From assembly GCA_002633005.1 (NCBI GenBank), contig NMRA01000424.1:202777-263782 (forward strand): a DNA stretch of 61,006 bases, written 5' to 3'. This stretch comes from Phoronis australis. Lineage: Eukaryota; Animalia; Phoronida. Positions 48,492 to 61,006 of the stretch are shown here, piece after piece. Within the stretch, counting starts at the first letter, position 1; each line of letters begins with the position of its first letter. The notes beneath the pieces are model-generated. The model made no database searches. It was not told the origin of the DNA and saw only the letters and a list, made by a program, of their open reading frames with translations. Made by a program: the position numbers and the translations under genes.

Positions 48492-51400
48492 CAGCACACA
48501 TCACGAATTTTTGTCCGACCGTTCGGAAATTGGTCAACGACGGGTTGTCGACCGGTCTACTAGCCGACCAGCAGCCGGCTAACAACGGTCGGCTAGGAGC
48601 CGTCTGCTGAGTCGCTTCTGTGGTCGGCAATTGGAACGGCTACGTGGTCGCCTAGCGTAGACGACCAATTCCGATTAAGCGAGTCCTTGGTCGGCAATTA
48701 CCATTTTATGACTTCGCGGGTGAAGTTTGGCCGAACAAAAGTTTAACTGTTTGCTGTTCGTTCACCAGTTGCAACTCCGGTCTTGATATCGGTTTATCAA
48801 CTTTTATTCAACTATTAAAGGGTGGAAAAATGGAATCAACCCACAAATACGAAGAGCGTGACATTACCCCAACGTAAACATTATGTTGAATTACTGACGG
48901 CTTGGTATAATTAAACGTTAAGTGATATCGCGGAAGCATAATGTCTGTCTCTTAGTATGAGACTTTTTATACAGTAAATTATACAGAAAAACAAGCAACA
49001 ATTTGAAATTTACAGTAAAATTGCACAAAAATAAGAATGTAACGCTTGCTGCTTTACGACCTCAAGTGTTTTCAGACCGCGGAATGATCACTGCAAGCAG
49101 CACGCATTCGCTCTCATCTGTTATTGCTTTTGATCATCACTTCACGACGCTGTACATGTATAATGCGCTTTACCACAGATAATTATTGTTTAGTTTTGCA
49201 TAATTTCTTAATATACTGGTACAGCAGTAGAACAAATGTTTATTTTAAACAATTGTTTTAACGGCATAGCGCAGAGATTAAGATCATGGGAGCATGAAAA
49301 CGGATTTGTTGTCACTTTCGGAGTATTTTTTTTTCAAAGCTAGAGCCTTCCTATCTAGCCAGCTAGCTGTATGAAGGCTAAAGTCAAAATACAGCAAGAT
49401 GTCACAAGTGTATTGAGCTTCGAAAGACCTCGAAATTGCACACATCCTGACTAAATACACTCGTCACCTCGTCGTGAGGCATGTATCAATACGAGCTAAA
49501 GACCGGCGGGTGTGCATGCAAAATCTGGAACTCGATTGACATTCACCTTGCCCGGTAAGGCCGTTTAAGCGAAAAATATCCGACGTCATTTCCTTGTTTA
49601 ATTCTCTGCATTGGTAACAATGAAATGTACGTCGTCCTTTTGAAAGAAGAACATTCGTGACACGGGCTACTTCCAGAATTTTTTTCGACATCACCCATTA
49701 GATGATGACATCATCGCGGCAAAATTTCTTCTAAAATTCGGTTTAAAAAATTCCAAAAACATATAATGAATTGAAACCAATTCTAATCATTTGTTGTGAC
49801 GTTTACGCAACATCGATGGAGAACGTTTGATTGAAGAATCTGGGAAAAAGAAACTGGCTAATAGGTGACGCAATATTTCATTGCGCCGAAAGTCGACGCA
49901 AAAGAGAACACCACAATTTTAGCAGCAGAATAATTTTAGAAAAGTAATTTTTGCAACGCCGGTAAATAATTTAGTATACTCAAGGAAGATTTTATTCGGT
50001 CAGTATTTACCCACAACGGCGCAAAGTTTATGTTTAATTTAATAAGACAGCTTCACACCAAGGTCGAGGCCTTTGGAGTAAGAACACAATACTTAGCGTT
50101 TCGCATCTACTCCGAGGGGTATAAGTTACATTTATTTACGTGTCATTACAAACTTCTCCTGTTGATAGTTTCTTTCTCACAAAAGCGGTCTTCGATCTGA
50201 TGTAGAATCTGGACTATTGTATGTAGTGTTTGTCCTATCATTTTAGTTCACGTTCTTTCCGAAAATTATCTAAACCAGTGTTTGTTTTCAAAGCAGGACA
50301 ACAATTGTGATCAGATACATGTATAAAAGTGAATGGCTTATTGTACGAGTACGTGCTATTTACAGTTATGAGATAAAATTCAACCGATATTACAATATAC
50401 GTATGCCTACTAGCGTGCTCCGAGTCAGTGATGCTGTAATCAGTATGCCGTAAACATTGTTTATCTAAATTTTGAAGACGTGTTGATTAGTGCAGGGTCC
50501 TGACAACACACGACTGATTTTTGAAAACAGAACTCTTTCTTTACGCGAATACGTTTTCAGCCCACGCATACATTTGATGTACGACGTGGGTACCGACTCT
50601 CTGAATGCTTCGTTAAACATATTAATTTTTGAAAAAGCCCTCAAAAGTGGACTTTTTAAAACACCATGTGGGCCGTATTCGCCAGTGTAGAAAAGCGAAA
50701 TGAACAGATTTGCACACACTGCTCAAAGCACTTTTGTGGACATACGGAAACGTCAAAGTCTCTGTCTTACAACGCTCTATACGCTTGGCATTTCTGATGA
50801 AGCGCTCTCATGCTGGAAATCTTTTAAAAGATTAAGCGCTGTTTCAAAAATTATTGTAGGTGTTCTTACAGCTGAACACAGAAGAATTGTACTGCACCTT
50901 AGTTTATTTTCTATCATTTTTCGGCATCGCAATCGCTTGACCAAAGATTCACGCACATACATGTATGCCGTGTAGAGACAAATACCTCTTTACCACATAT
51001 TCACACCTTCCCGTTCAAAATTGTTTCATTTTACATAATTTGTTGTTGAAAGAAAATATTAATTCTTTGAAACAACGTGAACGAAGAAGTGATACATATA
51101 ACAAGCGCAGATTTTAACGTCATCGATGCACTAAAAACGGAATGCGCAAAGCTAGATTTGGTTGTATCCTCAACAAAGGTTGGTCCGTGTTTGATGTCAC
51201 TGTCTAAGTTCGTGGAAATTGTAACAATATGATTTCGAAGCTAGAGCCATAGAAGTCCGTGGGTTTAGGGCATACTGGCCGTGAAGTTCGCGTAGGCTGC
51301 AAGGGTTACTCAAATGAAAATAAAAACCCCGCTGTGCGAGCTCTTCGGTGTAAGAAGTCACTCACTATCCCATCATCATGGGCACGTGATAGGAGACCCG

Positions 51401-51989
51401 TGGGGTAGTTTAAATATGCAAAAAGATGCAGGCAGTTCTGCGTAACACAAACATAAAACAAATGTGGGCGAAGACTGTCAAAAAAGCTGGGTTTACAAAA
51501 TGACTAAGGCGTTGTATCGACCGGGAAGCAACCAATCTAATGCAGCTCGTTAACGTTAGGATGCAAATTAAACATCAAATGTAAAGAAAAAATTCACGTT
51601 TTTTATCCAAAACTTGTTGCACTGTCCATAATTCAATACTACCACTTGCCTTCAACCTTCGAATTAGTGGTGTTACACAACCGATGCGAACTCATGTAAC
51701 TGAGACAGTAAAACCAGGTTAATTTATTTGACCCCGTGCTAAGACGAATATGCATCGACACGCAAAGTGATATCAGTCTGACAACCTATTACGCAACTGC
51801 TACTCTAGCTTAAACATAGCAGCCGACCAGCTGGTCGGCTGATGGCCGGTCGGGTGAAGGGTCGGGTGAAGGGTCGGCTGGGGAGTATCCGTATGAGTCG
51901 GCACTGCGGCCGGCTACCGGTCGGCTAATTTTGAGCGGAATAGTCGGCTAATTTGCGACCGGTCGGACAAAAATTCGTGATGTGTGCTG
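48492..51989. mobile_element. 3.5-kb non-autonomous TIR element with GCCGACC subterminal repeats
   Basis: Perfect ~30-bp TIR CAGCACACATCACGAATTTTTGTCCGACCG at both ends; clusters of GCCGACC/GGTCGGC; no long internal ORF. Confidence 0.8.
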
Positions 51990-54900
51990 CCTCAAAACCT
52001 GGAATATAATCTGTAAATTAAGCTACAATTTGGTTTCATGCAAATGGTGACCTAAGAATTCCAGGCCCGCTTCACCTAAAATTCACTGTAAATTATAGGT
52101 TTTGAAGGTCTTAGGGCTATAACAGATTGAATTCTCAATATGTATTCGGACACCGTAGCCATTTTGAGCTAGCCATTAACACAGTTCAAGTTAAATCCTA
52201 ACTTCAAAAGAATTTTGTATTAGGCTAACCAGATAGTCTTGCAAAGCCTTAGTATTGAAAGTTTTTGTCACGATTTAAACACATTTACCCTGTTATTTAT
52301 ACTCAAAGTTACTTTAGCTAGTCTGTATTTTCCAAATGAGTTGTCACAGCAACTCCAGCCGAATTACGACTTTTCCAGTAAATTGTCGTGTCCGGGAAGC
52401 AAATCAAACACAAGTAAGCGTTTTTGCATTTCTTGTGAGGAGCTCACTGTTCTGGTATAAAAATTGTTTTGTTTGTTGAAGCATTGCCATGTATGCGTGT
52501 TCTTTTTTTCCATTTTACATTTTTAACGACCAGTTAAGCCGGTGCACATTTGCTGCCAAATGCACTTAAAATCTGTTACAAGTCCTGGAAGTCAGTTAGG
52601 TCTCCCTTTTTTGCATATACATGTCATGGTTTTATCAGTTTTTACCACCATTATTTCAAACTGGATTGACATTATAGGAACAAAGACATTTCTTTCAGCT
52701 TTTAGCTGTTCAAAACACGTTAGTATGCCGTCACCTTTTAAATTATGCCTCCCCCCTTCTCAAATGCAATATTTTGATCTTGAACTGGCAAAATCTGTCA
52801 AACTACTTGCAAATAAATGCGTGCCTTTATTTCCTTCCACCACAATGTCTTAAAGAAATTGACATTCGTAACTAAGGTGAAAGACAGAACCTGTAGGCAT
52901 CAGAAACTTTGGTTATGCTCCTTTTGTCTGGACAATTAGCCATGACTCCAAGGAATTAAAACTCTGGCTTAAATAGATCAAACCATGGTGTTCTATCAAA
53001 TTGGCTTCCGAATTATCCGTGAAAAAATGTTATTGTCGTTTTTTCCTGAATGAATGCTATCAATATTTGCCAAAACACGATGTCATCCTTTCCTTTGTGC
53101 TTACAGGGTACAAAAAGAGGTCAGTTTACGGTAATGTCGGACACACAATTGGGTGTGACCTGTGAGTGCCAAAAATATTGCAATAACGGTTTAACAATAA
53201 AAACGTGTTTCCTGATCTTGAAATCTCCGTTCGTCTGAAGTTTAAATTGTATGGTGAACATTTTGGCTATACCAAGATACTGGTTATGTTAAAAATAATG
53301 GAATACATCTATAAATTCGAGCTGGCACATTTAATAGAATTTCATTAAAAAAAATCCGAGAAAGAAGGAGTAAAGTAAATGAGCCGTTTTTCCCCGTGTG
53401 ACCAATACGGCTGTGACATTTTAAAAAATATATATAGGTACTGTAAATCAAACAACGAAAATGGATCAACTGAAATTTTGGGGTATAATAACATCCTTCA
53501 TCAACAGAAATAGAAAGAAAGTAAAACGAAACACTACATGACAACTTACATTTATGATGTTGCGTAATGAATATTTCGCGAAATTGTTACATTTTACAGC
53601 GTATCAGGGCACTGCTGCTGTATTTTGACGTACCCCCACCATGAGTTAGACATGACTTAAGTAGCCGAGTGTGGTTTTGAGAGATACAAAATACTTCAGA
53701 AACACATGGTTTCAGTGTGAGCACCAGGAGATGCGACGTAGTTTACAAACAATTGAAAATGCGATTAATGGTTTCGTCATATGGAAAGAACAGAAAAATT
53801 GTGGCCTATAAATAGTCAATTTTGTATAAAGAACCAGAAGAAGAATCAAAAACAATTGCCGAACATAACAACAACGCGTATACAAAACGATGATAAGGGC
53901 ACATAGCCAGAATTTTGGTGGGGATGGTTCAAATTTCCAGAACGGCGGACATTTAAAACGTCGACACTGTAGAGTTTTGGCAAGAACCCTGGCGCAGTTT
54001 AATTAGGGGTATTGGGAATCTTTTACAGAGCTATGAGTCTCAGCTCCATGTTCTTGAGATGACACCCTTGCTAGTAAACAATTCTTCTCAAATTCGGATG
54101 TGATATGGTCAGGAAAGAGTGTTACTCCTTGCCAAACCTTCATATTAGTCCTAATTAAATGAATGATTGCACCTTATTACAAACACTGATGAAAACTCTT
54201 CGTCGTAAAATGACTTAAAATGTTGTAGTTGGTTGTATTTTGCTTGTAAACTATTCTGAATATTCACTACTACTCAAGTGTAATTTTTATACTTTTCCAC
54301 GCAAAAAACTAAACAATGCTTCGGTTGCTAGATGCACTCAGTGGTGTACCTATGATCATTGCCAGCGCAGACGAAATGGCCCGCATATCAGACGAATATT
54401 GGAAATGAGTACAGTGTGTACGTACTTGCATTTTAAAGATATGATGCGGCAATAATGATGAATAATCACCCACAATATATTAATCAAATCCATGTCAAGA
54501 TAGATCGTTTCACAGAGTGACTCAGCTTCATCCCCCCAGAACCACGTGCACAGCCAGCGTAACTAAGTGTTGTTAGTGGGCTACCACGTGCCTGTCGGTC
54601 TTCACGAAGTCAAAGAGTCCCATTCAGTCTTCACAAATTTAAAACTGCCTTTGGTCACCGCATGTCTGACCTGATGTCGACTTTGCTTGAGATCAAGTCG
54701 TTCGATTCAAGAATCACGATTGGCAGTGGCTGGAACTGCACGAGTTCATTTTTAAACAAAGTAATTATAGTTATAAGAAATCTTCAACATTTGCACACTA
54801 AATTGACAACAATACTAAACTTTGTCAATGTCAGTTTCAACTCAGCGGAGAAATGACTGTCAAACTTATGGCTTCTGAATTGTGGACATTCGATGGAATA

Positions 54901-54993
54901 GCGACTTCCAAGTAGTTTCCATCAAATGTGTTGCTTGTCGCCGAAACTGCGTACCATTGGCACTAATTCACAAGAGAAGACTTTGTCATTGAC

Positions 54994-55899
54994 TGTCAGA
55001 ATCAATATTTATTAAGTAATTAGTAAGAATAGATCCATTTTAAGTTAGCCAACGTGTGTGCGTATGTACTTTTAAATCATGGGGCAGACTTGTTGACATG
55101 TACATGTACTTTAACGTCAAAATCTATTTTTACACGGTGTTTACAACTTTTGGTTCTGGGGTCAAAGTTCTCTAGAGATTCTAGAAAATTCTGAGAACTA
55201 ATTTTAATAGCCAATACTATGCGTGGATAAGATCATGTGGTTATTATTGGCCAATCACTAAATAAGTATAATGTTACATTATGGGCTGAAATCAACAAGA
55301 TAATCAGATGCACTACAGTGGTTGAAGCCTAAAGACTTGCTACAGTGTACAGAGGAAATTGTACGACAGAGCCATATCGTGGAAGATTTTAGAAAGGATC
55401 TTGGCAAGGGCAAGGGTTAACGAACAGGAAGTTAACTAAGAGCTTGTCACTTGCACCGTGCTTAGTACGACGCTACCTGAAGTGTTGCGTCACCAGCCAG
55501 AGACTGTGACCAGCAAGAAGAATCGCGGGTAGAAGAAATTGCCTGCAAGTGTTGCATAACCAGAGACGGTGACCAGGAAGTACACTGTCAATATACAGTG
55601 TGTGTGTAGTTCGAAGATTCACCAACAGGACAGACATCTAACAAGTGGAGAGTCCTAGCTTGGCTAGCAGATAAGACATTTGATTATTTGTGTTGATTGA
55701 TTAAAGTAATCTTTAAAGAGGGCGCTAGTGTAGTTACGTTCCTTTGTAGTTGATTAGTTAATTAACAACAGGTTTCACTTGTCTAATTAGAGATTTTCAT
55801 ACAATAAAATAATTACTGGATTTGATTATTCACACTCCGTCTACGCACAGTATCAAAGCATAGCTACACTTTAAACAAACACACAAGCAATCTCTGACA
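54994..55899 (+). mobile_element. Solo LTR (906 bp), copy 2
   Basis: TGTCA...TGACA; TTGAC TSD on both sides; AATAAA at 55803. Confidence 0.92.
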
Positions 55900-57890
55900 T
55901 TGACCAACTATTTAGTTGGACTAGACCTACTTTTCCCAAATAATAAGATTATGCTCGTCAGCTTTTCTCAGTGCAAGAAAACAAAGTAGTTAAATGTTTG
56001 ATTTTTGATCAACGACGGGTGACTACCAATAGAGAGTCTACCGTCGGCGTGCACTGAATTTAAAAGGAGGAGGCGACGCACACGCGTGTATATGCATACA
56101 GTAGATGTCAATCCACCAATCCACATACAAAGAGTACATTGGAAAGACTACGTATTTGGCGATCACTTTCTATTCCAAATTTGAAAATGCCTGTACTTTG
56201 CGTACCTTTCCAGCAAGTGTAGTAAAATAGCAGATAACAAACTTATGTTCTGCTGTTTTTTCTTGGTCGATTTTAAAGCATTTACACCGGAGTACTTTTT
56301 GGGAGTTCTTTCCCACTATTTAGTTCAAGTCCCTTGTTACGCTGTGTTTTAGTCACCACACGTGTTCAAAGCCGACGGGTAACATAAAACATTCTCTAAT
56401 CTTCTGTGCGATCCTGTCATCTACATTAACACCATTCAGGCAAAGTTGTCCAAGTATGACCTGCCGATTACGAGAAATGCCCTGAACCAGAAGCAAATTC
56501 AAAATTATTACTAACTTAATTATCACTGTAGATAGTAACCCAGTAGCTGGAACAATTGAGTTGTTGCCCATCTCCTGTGTGTCTTTAAATTTAAAAGACA
56601 GGCTGGGGATGGAAATTTCGATCGAACCCCCTTAAACCCTAGGCATTGGGCTTGTGATATCAATCCTTTTCAAGGACAACATGACCGCCAATCAGGAATC
56701 GTTCCTTAGCTGATGCATAGGATCTCAATTCACGGAACTCAACGGGATTAGTGAACGATTTCCTGATATCGCCCAAGGTACAAAACTGTGTCCAAAAATG
56801 CTTTTAGATTCATAACAGAAAGGAGATGAAAACTATTCTATGTTAAATATGATTTACTGTGGTATATATTTCCAAATGTTTGGACTAGATTTCCCTATGA
56901 GGTAAAGTCTTTAAGCATTCGTTCGGACTGGCTATCAGACTGTCGAGCGATTTTCTTCGACGAAAGTTTATGGGAACCAGGTTTTTATCTTATACACAAA
57001 ATTGCTATTAATTGTTCACCCATTTCGTGTTCCATGTTTGTAACTTGTCATCAGCCTCTGTATATGTTATGAATACCTACAGAAATCTGCTGAGTACCCT
57101 AACGATTTTCAAAAAGACGATGTAGACAAAACTTTTGACGCAACAAACGCTTGACGTAATGAAAAACGGATTTTAGACAAATAGTTCAACTTCATCTAAG
57201 ATTTTTCTATTGGGAATTAAATGTCAAATTTATGCAGCCTTAGAGCTTCTGATCGAGAGAGTGTGTCCAGATTACAGTAGTAAAAGAAAATAACTCATTG
57301 TCAGGTGGCGGTCTGTACACTATTTTTGGCGCAAATTACAGTCATAAAAACGAATTACCTGAACACCTGTAACTGTTCAAGTTTGAAACAAATTTATTCG
57401 AACCGAATCAAATGAAGATTTTTGCATTGATGCTATGTTAGAAAAACAGTTTCTATGTAAGGAATTGTTAACAACTGAACTTGCATTAGGGAATTATTAA
57501 GTTTACGAGGTTCTTCAGATTTTGTGTGTTCAGGGATAGAAATTTGTGTCGCGATCATGGAAAAAATTGAATTCAGTGAGTACATAGTTTTGCTGTCACT
57601 CTCATTGAATCAATTGGGCAGTTTCTTTTACAGACACGACAAAGAACAAAATGTGACCCTATACCATTGGTTACTGATTACCTACTCCTATTTTTATGTG
57701 GAAGTTAGTAAAAAAAAATGTTTCAATTACTTCATCTGAAATAACGCACTTGATGAACTTTAGGCCTACAGTCTCTTTAGTATTGCACTGGATCAGCCCG
57801 CTGTTCCAATTTCCGATGTTTCCCCATCTCAATATTTCACAATTTCTGTGTTCACCAGTTGCAATGTTCTCCGCTTCTATATTTCCCGTA

Positions 57891-58535
57891 GGCACGAGAG
57901 ATCTGCTTCCGAAATTTACTTGGTTTTCCAATCGGATCAAGGGAACCCAGTTTCCGGGTCAAAGGTCATTAAGTGCAAAGTGATTTTTGAGCTAGACCTT
58001 TCATATTCATGCATATGGTTACCATTCATATAGGAAGTTCAGTTACAAACTTTGGGTTCACTAGGCGCAAATTTGGGGTCATTAAGTGGAGTTTTCTGTT
58101 AAATTTAAGACATATCCAATGAGCTTGTACTTAAATGATGCATTAGGGAGAGCAATAACATTCATGGTGGTTAAATCAATTGCCGATCAAATGCTATTGA
58201 TCACATGGATGTGACTCAAAATGCACCAGATTGACCCGGAATGGATCAAGGAGTGCATTCCATCAAATTGCTTCTTCTCCTACAGGTTTTTGGATAGACT
58301 CTCCGAAGTTTGTTAACAAGCAGGCACTACAGATCTGTATACGAAATTTATGTGGCATTGAAATCGGATCAAGGGTGCCGAGTTTCCGGGTCAAAGGTCA
58401 TTAAGTGCAAAAGTGATTTTTGAGCTAGACCTTTCATAATCACGTATATAGTTTTCATTCGTAAAGAAACTTCAGTCACCAACTTTGAGGTCATTAGGTG
58501 CAGCTGTGTGGTACTTAGGTGCAGTTTTCCGTTGA
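57891..58535. repeat. ~432-bp tandem duplication with the AAAGGTCA motif
   Basis: atcggatcaaggg...tttccgggtcaaaggtcattaagtgcaaa(a)gtgatttttgagctagacctttcata at 57931 and 58363. Confidence 0.85.
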
Positions 58536-59039
58536 TATTCTTACTCTTCCCTCTTGCTCTTTCATAGTTACTAGGGACATCTCTCTCTCTTTCACACAAA
58601 GTATGCAACTTCTATGCAATGTAATGCCCCTACACTTCACTATGTACATGCATACACCACGCTCAGAGTTGTAAGTGCGCTTACGCAATTGCGTTTCAGT
58701 TTATATTGTAATTACTGAGTAATCGGGGTTTCAGTTGCAGCCGATATAATACTGAGTAAATGGAAACTGAGACAGAACTGGCATACAAATAACAGATGTT
58801 AAGACTGAGACCTGAATGCGTGTTGAGTGTTCTTTACACTGCTACACTTGCATTATTTAAACTATTTTCAGAAAGTTTGATGATCTTCCCTACTAACCTC
58901 GTCGAGTCGACAATGCCCTATCTTTTAAACATTACATATCAGCAAGGTCACTGTTGAAGTAGTGCGGGAGGTGAATACGGAAAGCATCATTACATGGCCG
59001 TATTTCCTTCGACAGATTCAAAGCGTATGGGATAAATGC

Positions 59040-59830
59040 ATTTATCGTATGTACGTGACACTATGGTTATAAAATGTTTGTCGTATTACCTGCGGTATTT
59101 CTTGGGTGCAGAACCAGCGTCGATACACTCGGGGCAGACCCATAGATGCTCGGCTTTCCACGTCATCAAGTCAGACAAGGTCGTTTGACTAACCCCTCCG
59201 ACCAACTGCTGATTACACAATCGCCTTCCCAGGCCATGCAACCGGCTATAAACACCACAGCCTCTCTCATGTCTAAACAGTTGCATTCTGTCAATTTCAA
59301 CTCCATTCTCCCGTGGCTCCAGCGCTCTAAGTTATCCGAGAATCTCACTCTCTCCCAATTTGAGGCCACCCTGTATTGGTGCATTTTCCGCTAACGTGTC
59401 AGGTTTCTCATTTCCGTTGACACCGGCATGCCCAATGGAGAATATCCAAGTCAGCTTTGTCAGTCCACTATTTTATAAATGCAGCAACCCGTCGGGTTGG
59501 AGATATCCGATTTCGAATTTTCCCAGCATGCTCTGAGAGTCTGTCACAATAACTACCCAGGTATGAGTTTAACTGTAGCCAAGACGTGCCTTTTCAGCAG
59601 CAACCTTCTCCATCGCCAAACTACATGTACATGTCGTGAGCTCATATGCCACACCATTTTCTGCTACTGTCTTGCCATCCACATTGACTACATAGCCCCA
59701 TCCATATATTTCTCCTCTTTTAACCGATCCATCAGTTTGTGGTATAATATGAAAGAACTGCAGTTCCGTATTTCTTGCGCATTCATTACCAAAATGCCTA
59801 ATGTGCACATAATACACTGCAGTTGCTGAT
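59040..59830 (-). mobile_element. RNase H-containing 3' fragment of a non-LTR retrotransposon (I-group/Ingi-like)
   Basis: TDGSVKRG..GWG, S.AME..A, VIVTDSQSML, WIF..GHAGVNGNEK.D.LA: all RNase HI catalytic motifs across frameshifts. Confidence 0.85.
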
Positions 59831-60439
59831 GGTATATAAAGCATCGCTTTTGGACTCTGCACTATGGGCAATGTTTTCGCATGTCATGTCAAAACTAAAC
59901 AATAAAATGAAATGAAAAATATGTTGGCAACTGGTCGCAATATGCCGTGCAGTTTTGCACCTGAACAGAACACTTAAAAATACAACAATATGGAACTTGC
60001 AGCAATATTTTCGATATTGCAATAGACCTCTCATACAGTCATGAAAAAAAATTAGCAGTGAGAGGTTCAGCACTATTGATCAATGTTAATTTTTTATGAG
60101 TTTACTTGTCCCGCGATAGAATGTTTTCATCCTCAGCACAAGCTTACCTTGGGCCCACAGTCTGTTCCTTCTCGCGACGACTTTCAATGCATTTACAAAA
60201 TGGCTCCATAAAACACTATTTTCAAAATATTCATTGTCCCAAGATAAATAGTCAGGAGATTGTTGACAATACAGTCATTTGATACATTAAAAATCAGGTA
60301 CAAAGGCTACGAACATTAGGGTTACTTCTAATAATGTTTGGAAAACCTAGTTTGAATGAGCAGCTAACTGGTGCTCGAAAGACTCTATCATTGTTTAGGT
60401 GATCCCTTCATTATGATGCACAGAAACGCATACAATGTA

Positions 60440-60620
60440 TATCTTTACATTGTACATATGTGTTTTTATTATCATAGTTGCTCATGCCAGCTTCACGTGT
60501 TATATTACATTTTGTCATTTCTGATTGGCGTTTCACTGTGAACTTCTTATAAATAGTAGCCTGAAGATAAGATAGTTGTCTCGAAATATCGGTTTAAAAA
60601 TATGTTTCTTACTGATATCG
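60440..60620 (+). mobile_element. Penelope-like pseudo-LTR fragment with a minimal hammerhead core
   Basis: attgg and tataaata upstream; CTGAAGA-t-aagata/tgtct-CGAAA-TATC-ggtt at 60561-60594. Confidence 0.55.
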
Positions 60621-60830
60621 ATTGTTTTTATTGCACTTTTGTAAAGTAAAGACAAGATCTCGATTTAGAGAGTTTGAAAGAACTGAAATTGAACTCGTAA
60701 AACAGATCGAATTTGTATTAGAGAAAAAATCATGCCAAATTATAGTGATATACAGACATACAATGTATACACTCTATTCATATAAGAATGTTAGGAATAA
60801 GCGTATGACCCGACCAACGACCTACATGTA

Positions 60831-61006
60831 CAGCACACATCACGAATTTTTGGCCGACCGGTCGGAAATTGGTCGACGACCGGCCGTCGACCGGTCGGCA
60901 AATTAGCCGACCGGTCGGCTAAAAATTAGCCGACCGGCAGCCGCCCGCAGTGCCGACTCATAAGGCGACCCCACAGCCGACCCTTCAGCCGACCCTTTAG
61001 CCGACC
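60831..61006. mobile_element. End of a second copy of the GCCGACC element (runs off the window)
   Basis: Same TIR; the subterminal sequence matches the reverse complement of 51815-51989. Confidence 0.85.

Noticed and set aside
33268-55899. One giant TIR element (Polinton/Maverick-like) bounded by 900-bp inverted repeats
   Set aside because: Each repeat has its own TSD and there are no polymerase, integrase or capsid ORFs between them.

Overview
AT-rich, repeat-dense animal (invertebrate-like) genomic DNA. Positions 3309-20095 (+) hold ten phase-consistent GT-AG exons encoding about 772 aa of a GEMIN4 orthologue. The gene breaks off just before a single N at 20262, and I found no C-terminal exons downstream. 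A weak divergent (- strand) gene candidate lies at 143-597. The remaining ~40 kb has no convincing gene and is a mosaic of transposon remnants: two 0.9-kb solo LTRs with 5-bp TSDs, an internally deleted Kolobok-like element (THAP plus putative KolX starts), CACTA/EnSpm-like non-autonomous elements, PIF and 5-bp-TSD MITEs, LINE, RNase H and Penelope fragments, and minisatellite-bearing elements. The most unusual object is a 532-bp intronic element (6341-6872). It consists of two INVERTED tRNA-containing mini-LTRs, each followed by its own tRNA-Ser primer-binding site, flanked by one 4-bp TSD. All homology calls are by eye against remembered sequences; no searches were run.
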